DNA of 64,000 bases from Takakia lepidozioides. Taxonomy: Eukaryota > Plantae > Bryophyta. Shown here in pieces: positions 12,501 to 24,700 of the stretch. The notes under the pieces were generated by a model. That model worked only from the letters and a program-made list of their open reading frames with translations, made no database searches and was not told where the DNA came from. The stretch is from the NCBI GenBank assembly GCA_030704615.1, contig CM060731.1:30380001-30444000 (forward strand), read 5' to 3'. Both the position numbers and the translations under genes were made by a program. Every line of letters begins with the position of its first letter. The stretch's first letter is position 1.

Positions 12501-13031
12501 ATGGCTGAGCAATGGAGATTGCAAGCATTGGTGGCTACTTCCGCTCTCCCATTGGATATTGCACCCTCTCTGCCAACCGGGACAGTGAAGGCAGTGAGTG
12601 GGGGCGAGTATAAGATCATGGGGTGCAAACACCCATGGCAGATGTGGGATGAGATGCGCAAAGAGAGAGTCATTGGATCTCTCAAGCAGTAGTATGAGGA
12701 GTGGGGAGAGCCATACACTGAGGATCAGTTGGAGGACAAAGTGGCTAAGGTTTTTGAAGAGGTTGAGAATGTTTATTGTTCAGAGGATGTTCTCAAGGTG
12801 GCTATGGCGGAGCAAGTAGAGGCTACGCCACAGTCAGAGTGGGCGGATAAGGCCCAAGAGGTTGCTATCTAGCAACCAAAGGATTCGTCTCCTACCTCCA
12901 AGCCTGGTGTACCCAAGGTTGCAGTCACTGAGGACAATTGGGAACCAGATGTTGGACCTACAGTCACCCGAGGAGAGAGACGGAGGATCCAGCGATTTCT
13001 AAGGGCTTATAGAAATTGCTTTGCCTTCGGT

Positions 13032-14385
13032 TTGAAGGATTTGGGGAGTTTGAAGGGCCAGGAGATTCGTATTGATTTGGCAAGTGATACGCCAATTTTT
13101 CGAAGGCCCTACAGGTATAGTGATATGGAGAGGTCTTTGATCCAGTCACGGATTATGAAGTTGTTCGAAGCTGGATTGGTGGAGTTGTCAGGCGGGGAGT
13201 ATGCCTCGGCAATGGTGATGCTAGTTAAGAAGGATGTCTATGGCAATTGGACAGAAAGGAGGATGTGTGGGGACTACCGTCCTGTGAACCGTCAGACTAA
13301 GTCCAATAGATATGCCATGCCAACTCCAGAGGAAATCTTTGATGCCATTGGTTATGCAAAGGTGTTTAGCACATTGGACTTGCGATCCGGTTGCCACTAG
13401 TTGCCGATCAAAGAGGCTGACAAGCAAAAGACGACATTCTGGGGGATTGACCAACATGAGAAGGATTGTTTGTACAAATGGCGGTTCTTACCGTTTGGGT
13501 TGAAGAATGCTCCTGCAGAGTTTCAGAGGGTCATGGATAGGATTTTCGCGGGGCTAGACTTCGCCCGGTGCTACATTGATGACATCATCGTCTTTAATGC
13601 TACGGTTGAGGAGCATGAGAGACACCTTCAGGTGGTGTTTGAGCGCTTAAGAGCGCACGAGTTGAAACTGCACCCCGGAAAGTGCAAGTTCTTCCACAAT
13701 CAGATTGAGTATCTGGGCTACATGATATACCTTGGAGGATTGGGTGTTCAACAGACAAAGGTGGAGGCCATTGCATGCATTCCACGCCCCATGGATGTGA
13801 GCAGAGTTCGTGCTTTCATGGGATTGGCAAACTACTATCGACGGTTTGTCAAGGGATTTAGCAGCATTGCAAAGGCTCTTACCAAGTTGACCAAGGTGGG
13901 TCAGGAGTGGCAGTAGGAGGAGGAGCAGGAGGAAGCCTTTGAGGAACTCAAGGCTCGATTGACTTCTGTACCTATTCTGAGGCGGCCTATTCGGGGGCGG
14001 CCTTTCTAGCTACATACGGATTGAAGTATGCTGGGGATTGGAGCAGTGCTCACACAGGTGGATGATGAGGGAAGAGAGTTCGTAGTGGCATATGCTAGCC
14101 GCTCGAACAATGATGCCGAGGCGAAGTATAGTTCCTATGAAGGGGAGTGTCTGGCTGCAGTATGGGCAGTGGCACATTTTAGATACTACCTCTATGGCAA
14201 TCTCTTCATTTTTGTCACGGATCCCCAACCATTGAAGTGGTTGATGGAGTCAGACAAGCTTACAGGGAAGCTTACACGGTGGGCACTTATGCTTCAAGAG
14301 TACGACTTCTAGGTGGTGCATCAAGCCGGAATAATCAACTAGGATGCGGATGGATTGAGTCGCAATCCATGCACAAGTGAGCTTG
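13032..14385 (+). pseudogene. pol: Reverse transcriptase and RNase H (Gypsy pol)
   Basis: RMCGDYRPVN, FSTLDLRSG, LPFGLKNAPAEFQR, YIDDII, VRAFMGLANYYRRFV. RNase H: VAYASR, YSSYEGECLAAVWAV, FVTDPQPL, ADGLSR. Confidence 0.95.
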
Positions 14386-14559
14386 ATGATACAGGAGCTT
14401 GTTGGCATGGTGAGACGGACGAGGAGATGGTGCCAGGATGGCACGCATCTGTTTTTTTATGCATTCTAGCAATGGGAGCTCAAGCTGGTCCATCCCATGT
14501 GATTGGTCATAGCGATAGTGTGCATGACGATCCAGAGATCAGTGAGGAGCTTGGTGGTG

Positions 14560-16007
14560 CTAAGGATGTACATGAAGATGTAGCAATGTTGGCCTACCTT
14601 CGTACTGGAGAGACAGCAGCCAGTATGATTGCTAAGGAGAGAGATCGGATCCTACAACGAGCCAAGAGGTTCAAGTGGGAGGGGACTCACCTACTCCGAG
14701 TATGGGAGGATGGACAAGTGATGATTGTGCCTCATCCAACACAGCGAGCGCGATTGGTACGCCCAGCCCATGAGTTGGGACATTTTGGGGTGCGGCGCAC
14801 TCATAGTTTGCTGCAATGACATTATTGGTGGCGGGGCATGCACACGGATGTGCAACAGTTAGTGGCAAGGTGCATGGTGTGTGATAGAGTGCGGGCTTCT
14901 TTAAATGCACCTACTCCACAATTGCATCATTTATCCATTATGGGTTTGGGCTATTGTTGGGGTCTTGACTTCGCAGGCCCATTGCCACTAACGATTCGCC
15001 ATAACAAGTATGTGCTGGTGATGGTGGAACATTTCTCCAAATGGATTGAACTGGTGGCATTGCCTGACAAGGCAAGTAAGGGGGCTGCGTATGCATTCTT
15101 AGATCGAGTGCTTAGCCAATTTGGTGCTCCAGCCGAGGTACTCACGGACCAGGGGAGAGAGTTCTTGGGGAGTTTTCAGGCTTTGTGTGAGCAAGCCTTG
15201 ATAGATCACCGCACTACTTCTCGGGATCATCCCGAGGCTGACGGCGTGGAGGAGAGAGTTGTTCAGACAATCAAGAGAGGTTTGCGCAAGTATGGTTTGC
15301 AGAAGGGACACCTAGGAGATTGGGACCTTCAGCTGCCTTGACTAGCTATGGGCTATAGGTTCAGCAAACAAGCTTCACTTGCCTCCTTCTCACCTTACTT
15401 TCTTATCTTTAGCCGAGAGCCAGATTTGTCTGCATCTATTCGCAGGGAGACTGCAGTAGTCCTCAACCTTGATGATCCGGATGTGTGGACACAAACATGT
15501 GCCCAACGGGCAGAGTTGTTCAAGAGAGTCATGCCTATGGCTTTTGAGAACCTTGCTATTGCCCAACACCGAGACACATTGAGGTACGCCACTATACGTG
15601 GAGGGGGATATCGGCCAAGTGTTCGGCGTTTCCATCCTGGGGACTATGTGTATCTGCAGCAGACAGCGCCTACGACCTTGGATGTCACAGCAGGTCGTGT
15701 GATTCTAAGGGTCCGGGAGGTGTTGCCTTCAGGAGTGTTGATTCTGGAGGGTCGAGATGGCATGGTATGGAAGGACCATGTACGCAATTGTGCGCCATGT
15801 CACCTTCCACATGTGGATGAGAGGATAGATCCCAAGCTTGCAGTGGTACCTACAGGGTTGCATTGCATGCTATGTGGGCATGCTGGTGGTGCCGCGACCA
15901 TGTTGGTGTGTGACAATAGGGGGTGGCATATAGGATGCTTGACACCGCCACTTAAGGAGGTTCCTAGTGGAGAATGGTTGTGTCCACGATGCCTTGGACA
16001 GAGGTAG
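14560..16007 (+). pseudogene. Integrase with C-terminal PHD finger
   Basis: HELGHFG...CMVC zinc finger; WGLDFAGP, LTDQGREF and GVEERVVQTIK catalytic core. C-terminal CMLC...MLVCDNRGWHIGCLTPPLKEVPSGEWLCPRC at 15864-16007. Confidence 0.92.
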
Positions 16008-16350
16008 TGGGGCATGACAGTGGTGAGGTTGACAAGTAATCCGAGGTCTAGCTAACGGGAGTTCAATGCCATGGACACCCAATTGGAGCCATGGATTGCA
16101 GGAAGGCGAGTAACGATGGGGCTACTTTTGCACCCGACATCTTGATCTATTACCTTCAGATATGGGACTTGGGCGATTGATGACCACACGATGATCTTAT
16201 TGGGATGGATACTCGTCAGCTATCCGGTGTTAGAGGGACCTAATCACCAGCTAGGGGGGCGATTGTGGTATAGCTTTCTAGGATTGTGTGCTTAGATTGT
16301 GTGGTGGACATCGATGTATATTGTGGCACGATGCTTAGGTGCACGATAGT

Positions 16351-16758
16351 TGTCATGGTTTTAGTCATGGTTATCTAGAATTACCTACTTCTAGTTAACT
16401 AGGACATTTTAGATATTTATATTTATATTTTGTGTGTTGGGACTTCATTTGGTCTCACATGCCAAGTGAGGTGTCGAGCCTATGGGGATAGGTTTTCCCC
16501 TTGTGAGGATGGAGGAGGCTCATCTTCTTGTAGTTGAGCCTCCATGAGCCTTTCTCACCTCCATAGCTCTAGGTATTGAGAGGGAGTGTGGTGAGGGCTT
16601 TGTAGGGTGAATTCCCTTAGCAAGGGTGCCCTTGGCTTGACTTAGTTTATGTGATTGAGTGGATTCATGAGTGGAGGGTTTCCATTATGTTCACTTCCAT
16701 TATCTCATGCTTATCTAGAATTACCTACTTCTAGTTAACCATGACTAAAACCATGACA
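16351..16758 (+). repeat. Truncated 3' LTR copy capped by an inverted LTR start
   Basis: 16351-~16704 matches 5751-~6114. It ends in ccatgactaaaaccatgaca, the reverse complement of the first 20 bp. Confidence 0.85.
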
Positions 16759-17836
16759 TCTAGATCAAAATAAATCAGGTTAAACATTACATGATCAATT
16801 CATAACTCGTTAGCCATTGGACAATTCAAGTATTTCGAAGGTACCTAACGGAACCTGCTGACGGATGTTAACTTCGAAACTAATCTTCAAAACATTTTGC
16901 CTGATGCGGGTCCCATGTCTCTAACTTGCAAAATATCAAATTAGAAACCATCAGCGCTTGGAAATTGCACACAAGATACAATCGAAAATTAAAGCGGTGC
17001 AAAAAGAAAGATCTATTTTACAAGAGAAGGCTATTGAAACTGGAAACACATAGTGTAACACACACAGAATAAATTTGAGTAAATGTGAGATACAAAGTTG
17101 CATACTGACGTGAGAAGATCTGCGCTATTTTTTTAGAGTTGACAACGGAAACTCGACCATTAAATTGAACACACTTTTTTTAGTGGCATGTTGTGATATC
17201 AAAGAAGGTTTCATTGATGTTTTAAATTCTGAAATTGAAAAAGACTGAGAATTTGAGGGCATAACATTGGAAGTACAATGAATAAACAATAGGTTCAAAG
17301 TGCCCACTTTTGGTAGCGTGTCTATCATCATAAAGTAGTTGGAGAGGAGTACGCGCAACAAATTGATCACCCACAGAAAACATTACTCTTTTATTTACTT
17401 GAGACCATAACAGAATTGGTCTTCATAAATAGTTTGCTAAACAAAGTATGGCACGATTATCACCTTCCAAACCTCCATAAACAACACTATTGGACATTTT
17501 TTGAATAAATTCTTTGATTGTACGAACACCATGTAGTTCATAGAGGGCTTCCAAAGAAAAGTGGATTTGAATAATTTCGGCCACTTCATCACTAGGCGAT
17601 TGTAAAGTTTGTAGAAATGTTTCATGCTTTGACGACGTAGATTTTACGAAAATATCTCATAATGCAACAAATAAACAACTGAATCAAATAAACAGTCTCC
17701 GACAATATAATAGTAATCGTGTATACGTTGCAAATGTTGAGACTATAATATTAAGTCTATATTTGTATCCATTATTAAAAAATAAATCAAGTATAGTATT
17801 AGGGTTATAAGGTTCAAATTTTATTATAATAATTAA

Positions 17837-18671
17837 CCCTTAATTTCCAACATGGTTCATTTTTTGACACCTAAAAATTACTACCCATGCCCAGTAAAAT
17901 GAGACTAACTACTTATCAAAAATCATCCAGAAAAATGAACCTTACATGTAGGTGCGCACCTAGCACCTGCATGCACTCACCAAAAATAAACTTGTATCAC
18001 CGTGAAATGTGGGAGATTATATGGTTTTAGAGAGGATGAATTTATTGCTTTTGTTTTTGAAAACATGGTTTTTTAGCCTTGACCAACCGAAAGGTTTTTA
18101 GATTTTTGTGGAGTGTTTAATCCACACATTCCTAATCTGTGGTAGGAATGACATGTTCATGCAAAAAATGAGAGGCAAATGTCAAGTTTAGCATGGGGGT
18201 GCTTTGTGTGTATTTCTGGGGGGTTCAAACTACCTTCATTACAAAAGATTTAGAATTTGGGATATGGCCTCCACAAGATGCTATGCAATATTGCTCAAAT
18301 ATCCCTCTGGTGAGGAAGTGACTCTCTTCACACCTACACCCTGGTCCAAATTATGCCCACATCCAACGGTACAAATTGTAAAAATTGACCCCCGAGTGGC
18401 CTGAAGTGCTGTCCAGTCAGAGATGGCCACGTAGCAGTCAGCTTTGCGTGTTCCCCCTCCATGCAATAGTACATTTGACCCTCCGGTTTTTGGAAATTTC
18501 TGGACGTGACAAACTTTCTCCAAATGGCATGCTGTCAATTGGAGACGACCTGCCATGTTGTCAAGTCATTTATTGCTGAAGAAACAACCTAAAAATATTA
18601 AGATCTGCAAAAGTTACGTTAATATATCATGTTATATGAAACCCGAAACAGGTTCCATAGGCAGTTAAGGG
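17837..18671. mobile_element. Putative piggyBac-like non-autonomous element
   Basis: TTAA at 17833-17836 and 18672-18675; ends CCCTTAATTTCCAA and (reverse complement) CCCTTAACTGCCTA. No transposase ORF. Confidence 0.5.
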
Positions 18672-18953
18672 TTAATGGAGGGTGGCCAGACTAGATATAG
18701 TTTTGAAAAATGATTTATGAGATTTTTGAAAGACTGGCTGAAAATCTAGGTGTGAACTAAAAATCTAAAGCTTGTAAAACTGAAAACTGAAGTATTTAAA
18801 ACTGAAGAGAAAATAATGAACACATATGAATTGCAAGTTGCACAATATTGTCGAAATAGTCATATATTGCAACCAAAAACCACATACAACTCACAAAAAT
18901 TGATTACTAAAATCCAAACATGTTGTGTGGGCTATGATGTCAAAGTAATTTAG

Positions 18954-19511
18954 ATTGTACTCATAAGACGTTGTTTGCCGTAGCCTTGTGGCCATTGACC
19001 CCACGCCCAGTTTGAGCGGGAACAAAAGGGACAGAACCTACCTCTGTCAGGGGCTGACGTTGGTAGTAAGACTTACCTCCATATAAAGAATTAATCCGGG
19101 TTTTCCAGATATCCTCTAGAAATCCCTTCACACAAGCATCAATATGTTGTGTGTGATTTGCCCAAAAACTAGGCCTCAGGAGGCCCTGGGCTTTTGGCTC
19201 AGCCTCGAGACTTTCAAAGTTGGTAAACAGGGGTACAAGCACAATTCCATTTAATAGATTTGAAGAGAGCGTCTCTTTGGTGAGAGAACCTCGGACAGTG
19301 TATCAGAAAATGAATACTGTCTTCAGATTGCCCACACAACAGGCAATTGCACTCTCCCTTTCATCTCTGCTTCTGTTTGTTGTTCAAAGGTAGGCTCCCT
19401 GCCCTGAGTTTAAATTTCAGTCTAGTGCCGAGAGTGGGTAGACCCTTGAGGTCATCCAAGATGTCCTCCCCCATGCCACAGACTGGAAACAAGTTCAAAG
19501 AAGTTTTCTGC
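18954..19511 (-). mobile_element. LINE 3' fragment (same family as 40459-41525)
   Basis: Near-identical to 40459-41013; encodes ...LLRPSFWANH.Q.IDACVKGFLEDIWKTRINSLY. Confidence 0.85.
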
Positions 19512-20839
19512 ATATGGAGTTGCCTTGCATATGTGAGAAGATTGCTTACTTACAATGAGCAACTAAATTATGGTGCATCTCATATGGGAGGACTTCAAGA
19601 AAAGAAAAACAGCGGGTTGCCCTCTCCAAGGGTCTCACAGGCTTTCCATCATCAAGGCATTCTCAAATGTGCTTCATGTGGGACGTTTTTCTTTAAACCC
19701 CGTATGGGATTTGGTTGGATTTGAAGAACACGTTGCTTAGTTTATTTGCTGCATTCAAGAGCATATTACATTATATGGTTGCTTTCAGGTGTATCATACT
19801 TCAGCCTTTGTAATCCGTTAGTATATGCTCGGACTTACTCGGATTTGATTCGAGGGCATATGTGGTACACACTCGTTTGAAGGGTGGAGTAGAAGACGAG
19901 GTGATGTAGAAAATATGAAAAATCAGAAAACCAACAAACTTGGTGTTAGAGATGAGAAGAAAAGATACTTACAAATAAATGTAAAGAGGAGAAGACTTTG
20001 AATATACAAAGAGGTCATTACCTTGGAAGCTATTTGGTGTCCTCCATGGGTTGTGTGTGCATTATGCACTCCCTGCAAAGCGGCATATATGTCATAAAGT
20101 TTCCAGGGCCTCTGTCCCCTGTATATATATTAATTTATACATATGAATACTTGTTTTTGTATTCTAGTTGGGTTGGAGTTTGGATTGGGATTAGGTTTGG
20201 CATCATGTAGTTCTCTAGCGAACTACACATTACACTATGTATGTGTGGTTCGCCGGAGAACGAACCCGAGCCTATTTCTGAACCTAAACCGAGCCTATAT
20301 CCGAAGCCATCTTATTGGTGCCGAATCGATAAACTTCGTCGAACCTAGGGGTCTGATTAGATTCTCATGTCCGAACCTAAAAAAATTTGGCCGCTCACAT
20401 GCTCACCACCGCTCATCCCCTCCTAAATGTTCTATGAGCTGCTAATATGCACTATATGAACAAAGAAGTATGTAGAAGTAGTACTTCTGTCACCTCTTCA
20501 CCTATAGAATTTCTTCTTGGCTTTATCATTCAGTGGTACCAATGGCGTTGGCCCTAGCTTTGCAGAAGATGCCGCAGCCCCTAACCTATACTCCGGGGTT
20601 TTTTTTTTCATGAGCTAGGTTAGTGATATAGTGCATACTGACTATATATCACAATGAGGTATCCTATTTTATCATGAGCTCATTCCCGGAACCTAAGCTG
20701 TCCAAGTTCTGGGCTCTTTCATCAAGTTTCCTGCAACTTATATGCCTGTTAATTTGCAATGACTTGATAGAGGTGTTGTTTGAAAAGAAAATGCTATACA
20801 ATGATGCTTGACATTGCAGCTATTTGCATTACACAAGAG

Positions 20840-21165
20840 CTATCTCCTACTCTCTAACATGGAGACATGATGAATTCAAGGATACATGGTGGGATCGCAT
20901 GTCAAATACATGATACCCTGAGATAATCGATGCTATTTCTTGGAAGCAAGACCCTATTTCTTGGAAGAAAGACCGTCCTGTTACACAGGCAAAGTCTTGG
21001 CAGAAAAGGGTACAAGAGATATACAACTATCTGATAGTTAGTCCAAAAGTATTGACCCTACTGGATGATGCTGACCCGGGAGGGGGTTGTGTCCAAAGCC
21101 ATGTCTGATGCCCAAAGACTCTCCGATGAAAATGAAGTTAGGCATAAAACTTCCCTGAACCTGTC
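20840..21165 (+). mobile_element. Diverged LINE ORF2 fragment related to 41000-41300
   Basis: VVSKAMSDAQRLSDENEVRHKTSLNL vs VVSSAMSVAMRLSDENEVRQKTSLNL; also atttcttggaagcaagacc (ISWKQD). Confidence 0.7.
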
Positions 21166-21705
21166 TTTTCCTGTCTTTTGTACTATACAAATTACTCTTC
21201 TTGCATTATGCACATTGCATGCACTGAACAAACCAAGCCAGAACAGATTCATCAGGCCAACAGTTGGACAGAATAATAATACTTATGTTATAGCAAAATA
21301 TTTTGTGTTTCATGTTACAAAGAGCAAACAGTAAACACCTACTATTGAAAACGAGACTTCCACACTTCAACTACCCAATTTTCTGTTGCAAAGAGTGAGT
21401 TGAAGTACTGAACTCCTCAAATACAGTAATTATACACACCCACAACTCGAGTCCTAAAACTGAAACAAATCTGAAAGTCACTGCTTGCTCTCACAAATTC
21501 TCATGCAGCAGTTCTAAACACAAGACAGCCTACATATAAACACAGCAAGTCACAAGACTAGACAGGAGAGCTTTACTGAGGACAGCAACACGTTGAAACA
21601 GAAGGGAAAGGGACTTCTAGTCATGATTATCCACAAAAGCATGCCCTTGTCAGCAATAACTTACTCAATGATGGATAATAATGTATCCAATACCTTTTGA
21701 GCTTC

Positions 21706-24700
21706 TCACCCTGCCACTGATTTCTTAGTAGACATGGTGAACAGAGCTCGCTTTCCTCTCTCCAATGTGCTCAAAGTGACACGAGAGGGTAATCTGGCCA
21801 GTGTTGTACACAAAGAGCTGCGACTCAATCCACTGAACTTTCGGCGGGTGACCAGCTTGGGCCCGAGAGTTGCAGTCTTACTTGTCACTGTTCCTTTTGA
21901 GATTCTGGTGCTCTTTAATAAACTCCTTGTCACAGCAAGTGTTTGATCAAGGTTGCGAGATCTGATCCTGTTGCGGAGTACAGGTCTGTCTGGCTTGCTA
22001 ATGGCCTCAGTCTCTCCTGTGCTGCTCCCGGTGGACTTGGCTTGCCGGAATTTCGTGTTGCCAATAGCACTCAGCAATGGTGCCACCACCTGACTCTCTA
22101 AAGAAATCCTCTGCCCAGTCCCCTTTACCGGCTGTACATCCTGGGTAGCAGTTTTCTTCTTCTTGGATGGGTCACAAAGCTTGTTGTCCAAAGGAGCTTT
22201 CCTGGTAGTGCTTTTTCTGTGGGGATCTCCACCTTTGCCTGCTAGCAGCCATCTGAGCAGACCACAAAAATACTTCGTTCAGAATTACTTGACGTGGATT
22301 TCCCTGTCATTGGAATCAGCATGTAGATCGTAAGTTAAAGTTTGGGGATGCATCAGGGCTCAGACAACACTCTCTGCTTGAGTAACTAACACCTTAGCAA
22401 CCCTTACCCAGGGTCGTTTTGAAGTTGATCAATTTTGGGGTTATCCTCAGTGGAAAGCCCTGAGCCATTGTTGGAGGTGCGTACTAAGAAAAAACTGATC
22501 CTGATTAGTGGTCTGGATACTACTGGTCTTATTACTGCTTTTCATCAAGAATTTAATGTGAACCATTGAACCCCGAAGAGCATCATCTCCTATGTAATAC
22601 TTTCAAGGAGACACATAAGCAGGAGCATAGGGCTTACAGATCCCATAGCCGTTTCCCTTTGGTGGAATGCTTCTCGATTTCCTCAACACACTTTGGTCCC
22701 ACAGCCAAACATCAGAAATCCAACCAGTCAATGCTCTCTCAAACTAGATACCACCTTAGTAAGAAAGTGACAACTTGCCTAGTGAACTATCCCGGCAGCC
22801 TGTGAACTGGAGCTCAGTATGATGAGAATGGGTTTGGTAGTTTGAGAAGGTAGAAGCACATAAATGCACTCTTACGGAAGGTGCACAAACACTCAAGAGT
22901 ATCTGCAACTGCTACTCAGTCAGCAGTAGGATGCCATCGCCTCAGATGGAGGCCAATGCAAATACCGTGCTTCTGTAGATGGCAATGTTGCCTAGGGTAA
23001 AACAATAATGGGGTCAGGCGGATGATTGTGTGGGGATGTCACACAGAGGGACAGGTAAAGAATAAATCTTTGTTACCTGTGGCCATGACTGGAACCGCAG
23101 ATTAAGCGAGAGATGGCGCCAGCACACAAAATTTGGGGACAAAATGTTGTGCTCCACCTGCCAAATGCCTTATCCAGCCTGATTAGCCTGCGGTCTCCAA
23201 GTCCTTATCCATCAATCAACTTCTTTAAGCCTTGACTGCTCACATGAGAACTGATTCTCCTGCAAATATGATCTTAAGTTGCAAATCCAAGAAATATCTG
23301 TGTTCAACTGGTTGACACTGTTTGAGTTCAAAGCATTCACTTTTGGCAGCAATGTAAATGGAGATACACCCACCGGAAGGCCCACCCGAATCTTGAGCAC
23401 AGTGTGTTTACAATCCTCATAAGCCCTCTTGTAATTCCCAATAATACTTGACATACTGCCACAGTCATGCAAAAATCCTTATTTGGCAAGAGTCTCCAGT
23501 GAATCTAGACAGTTAGCAGCACACAACACTAGGAACAAACAAAGCTTTTGAATAAACTTCATTTGATGATTCCATCTACTCGTTAAGGTTGTTTCACTGG
23601 TACCTTTTGACATGAAAGCCAGAACATTATGGTTGCTATGACCCAGTACTGAGTCAACGATCTGGGTGGCCCGAAGTTCCTGCTACCCATCAAAAGGACA
23701 AGACCTGTTTCTTTGGACTTCAATATCAGAGCTGGGACTACCAATGAGTCAGTCTGAAAGATTCAACTAGAAGAGCTACATCTGACCTAGAGAGAGGGTT
23801 AGAAAAGACGGCTGAACCCTGATGACCACACACATAAGGTAAGTTACCTATCAAAGATTAGGTCCTTGTGCATGAGATCAGGGCAGCGGCTAATGCCAAA
23901 AGCACCATACTTGCCATTAAGCTGCACCAGCAGTACAATATGCTGATACACCTGGTCAACACCCATTTCCTTCCCTGTGTCAGTGAGACACATCATCTGA
24001 CTGGTGTCCTATATCCCTCTTTCCCATCTATGCCTACAGATATTAGCACCCGAAAACCCTAAGAGTATGATGTCAAATTGACAAAGACAATGATGAATTC
24101 ATTGTTGCACATGAAGTTAGGGGATACTGACTGGCTGGCCCAAGGTCGATCTGCTCCCTTCAGATAGGTTTGAAGTTTGGATATTCAGATTGTGTACTAC
24201 ACGAACATGAACAATACCCCTCCCATAGAAATGATGCCTTCTTGACTAAGTCATTACCTGACCACCCAACTCAGTCTTGAATCCCAACGGAATGCGCTCC
24301 ACCTCAGGGAGACCTGACTGCATGAGCAGACGACAATGATTTGAGTAATACAATTAATTGGGGTACATGCAAAACTGGCATGCCACAGGTGGTCCTCAAC
24401 AAGTCTTGAAAGAGGCACACCTAGTGGCACGTCAGTTGTAGAGCAATGACTGTCTGCATGATGGTTGAGACTCGAGCTACGCACGGCCTTCCTTCCCCAA
24501 CATTTGGAAGAGTCCCTCATGCTCTAGAGAAACTGCGACTAGTCCCGTTCTGTTGAATTCAAAACAGACCCGGGGCATGTGGCCAACGGTCCCACATGCA
24601 TAGTTTGCCGTAATTTGAAGGCAAGTTGCTGGTTTGCCCTGCAGAATGAACAGGATCATGCTCGGACTGGATCAAGCATGAGCTTTGATTTGAGCTCATT

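Larger units (their letters stand above)
5751..16758 (+). mobile_element. Degenerate Ty3/Gypsy LTR retrotransposon carrying a DNMT3-like cytosine methyltransferase and a PHD finger
   Basis: Terminal direct repeat 5751-~6114 matches 16351-~16704. Internal order is gag, CCHC, PR (LLDSGA), C5-MTase, RT (YIDDII), RNase H, IN (HHCC; DFAGP/TDQG/E), PHD. RT-RH-IN order is Gypsy. Many in-frame stops; no TSD found. Confidence 0.93.

Noticed and set aside
5751-16758. DIRS-type element, suggested by the inverted termini and a methyltransferase
   Set aside because: It encodes an aspartic protease and a DDE integrase, has no tyrosine recombinase, and the MTase is C5-cytosine type.
18954-21165. Twin-primed (5'-inverted) single LINE insertion
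   Set aside because: The geometry fits, but the pieces are 1.3 kb apart, appear differently diverged from the 40459 copy, and no shared TSD was found.
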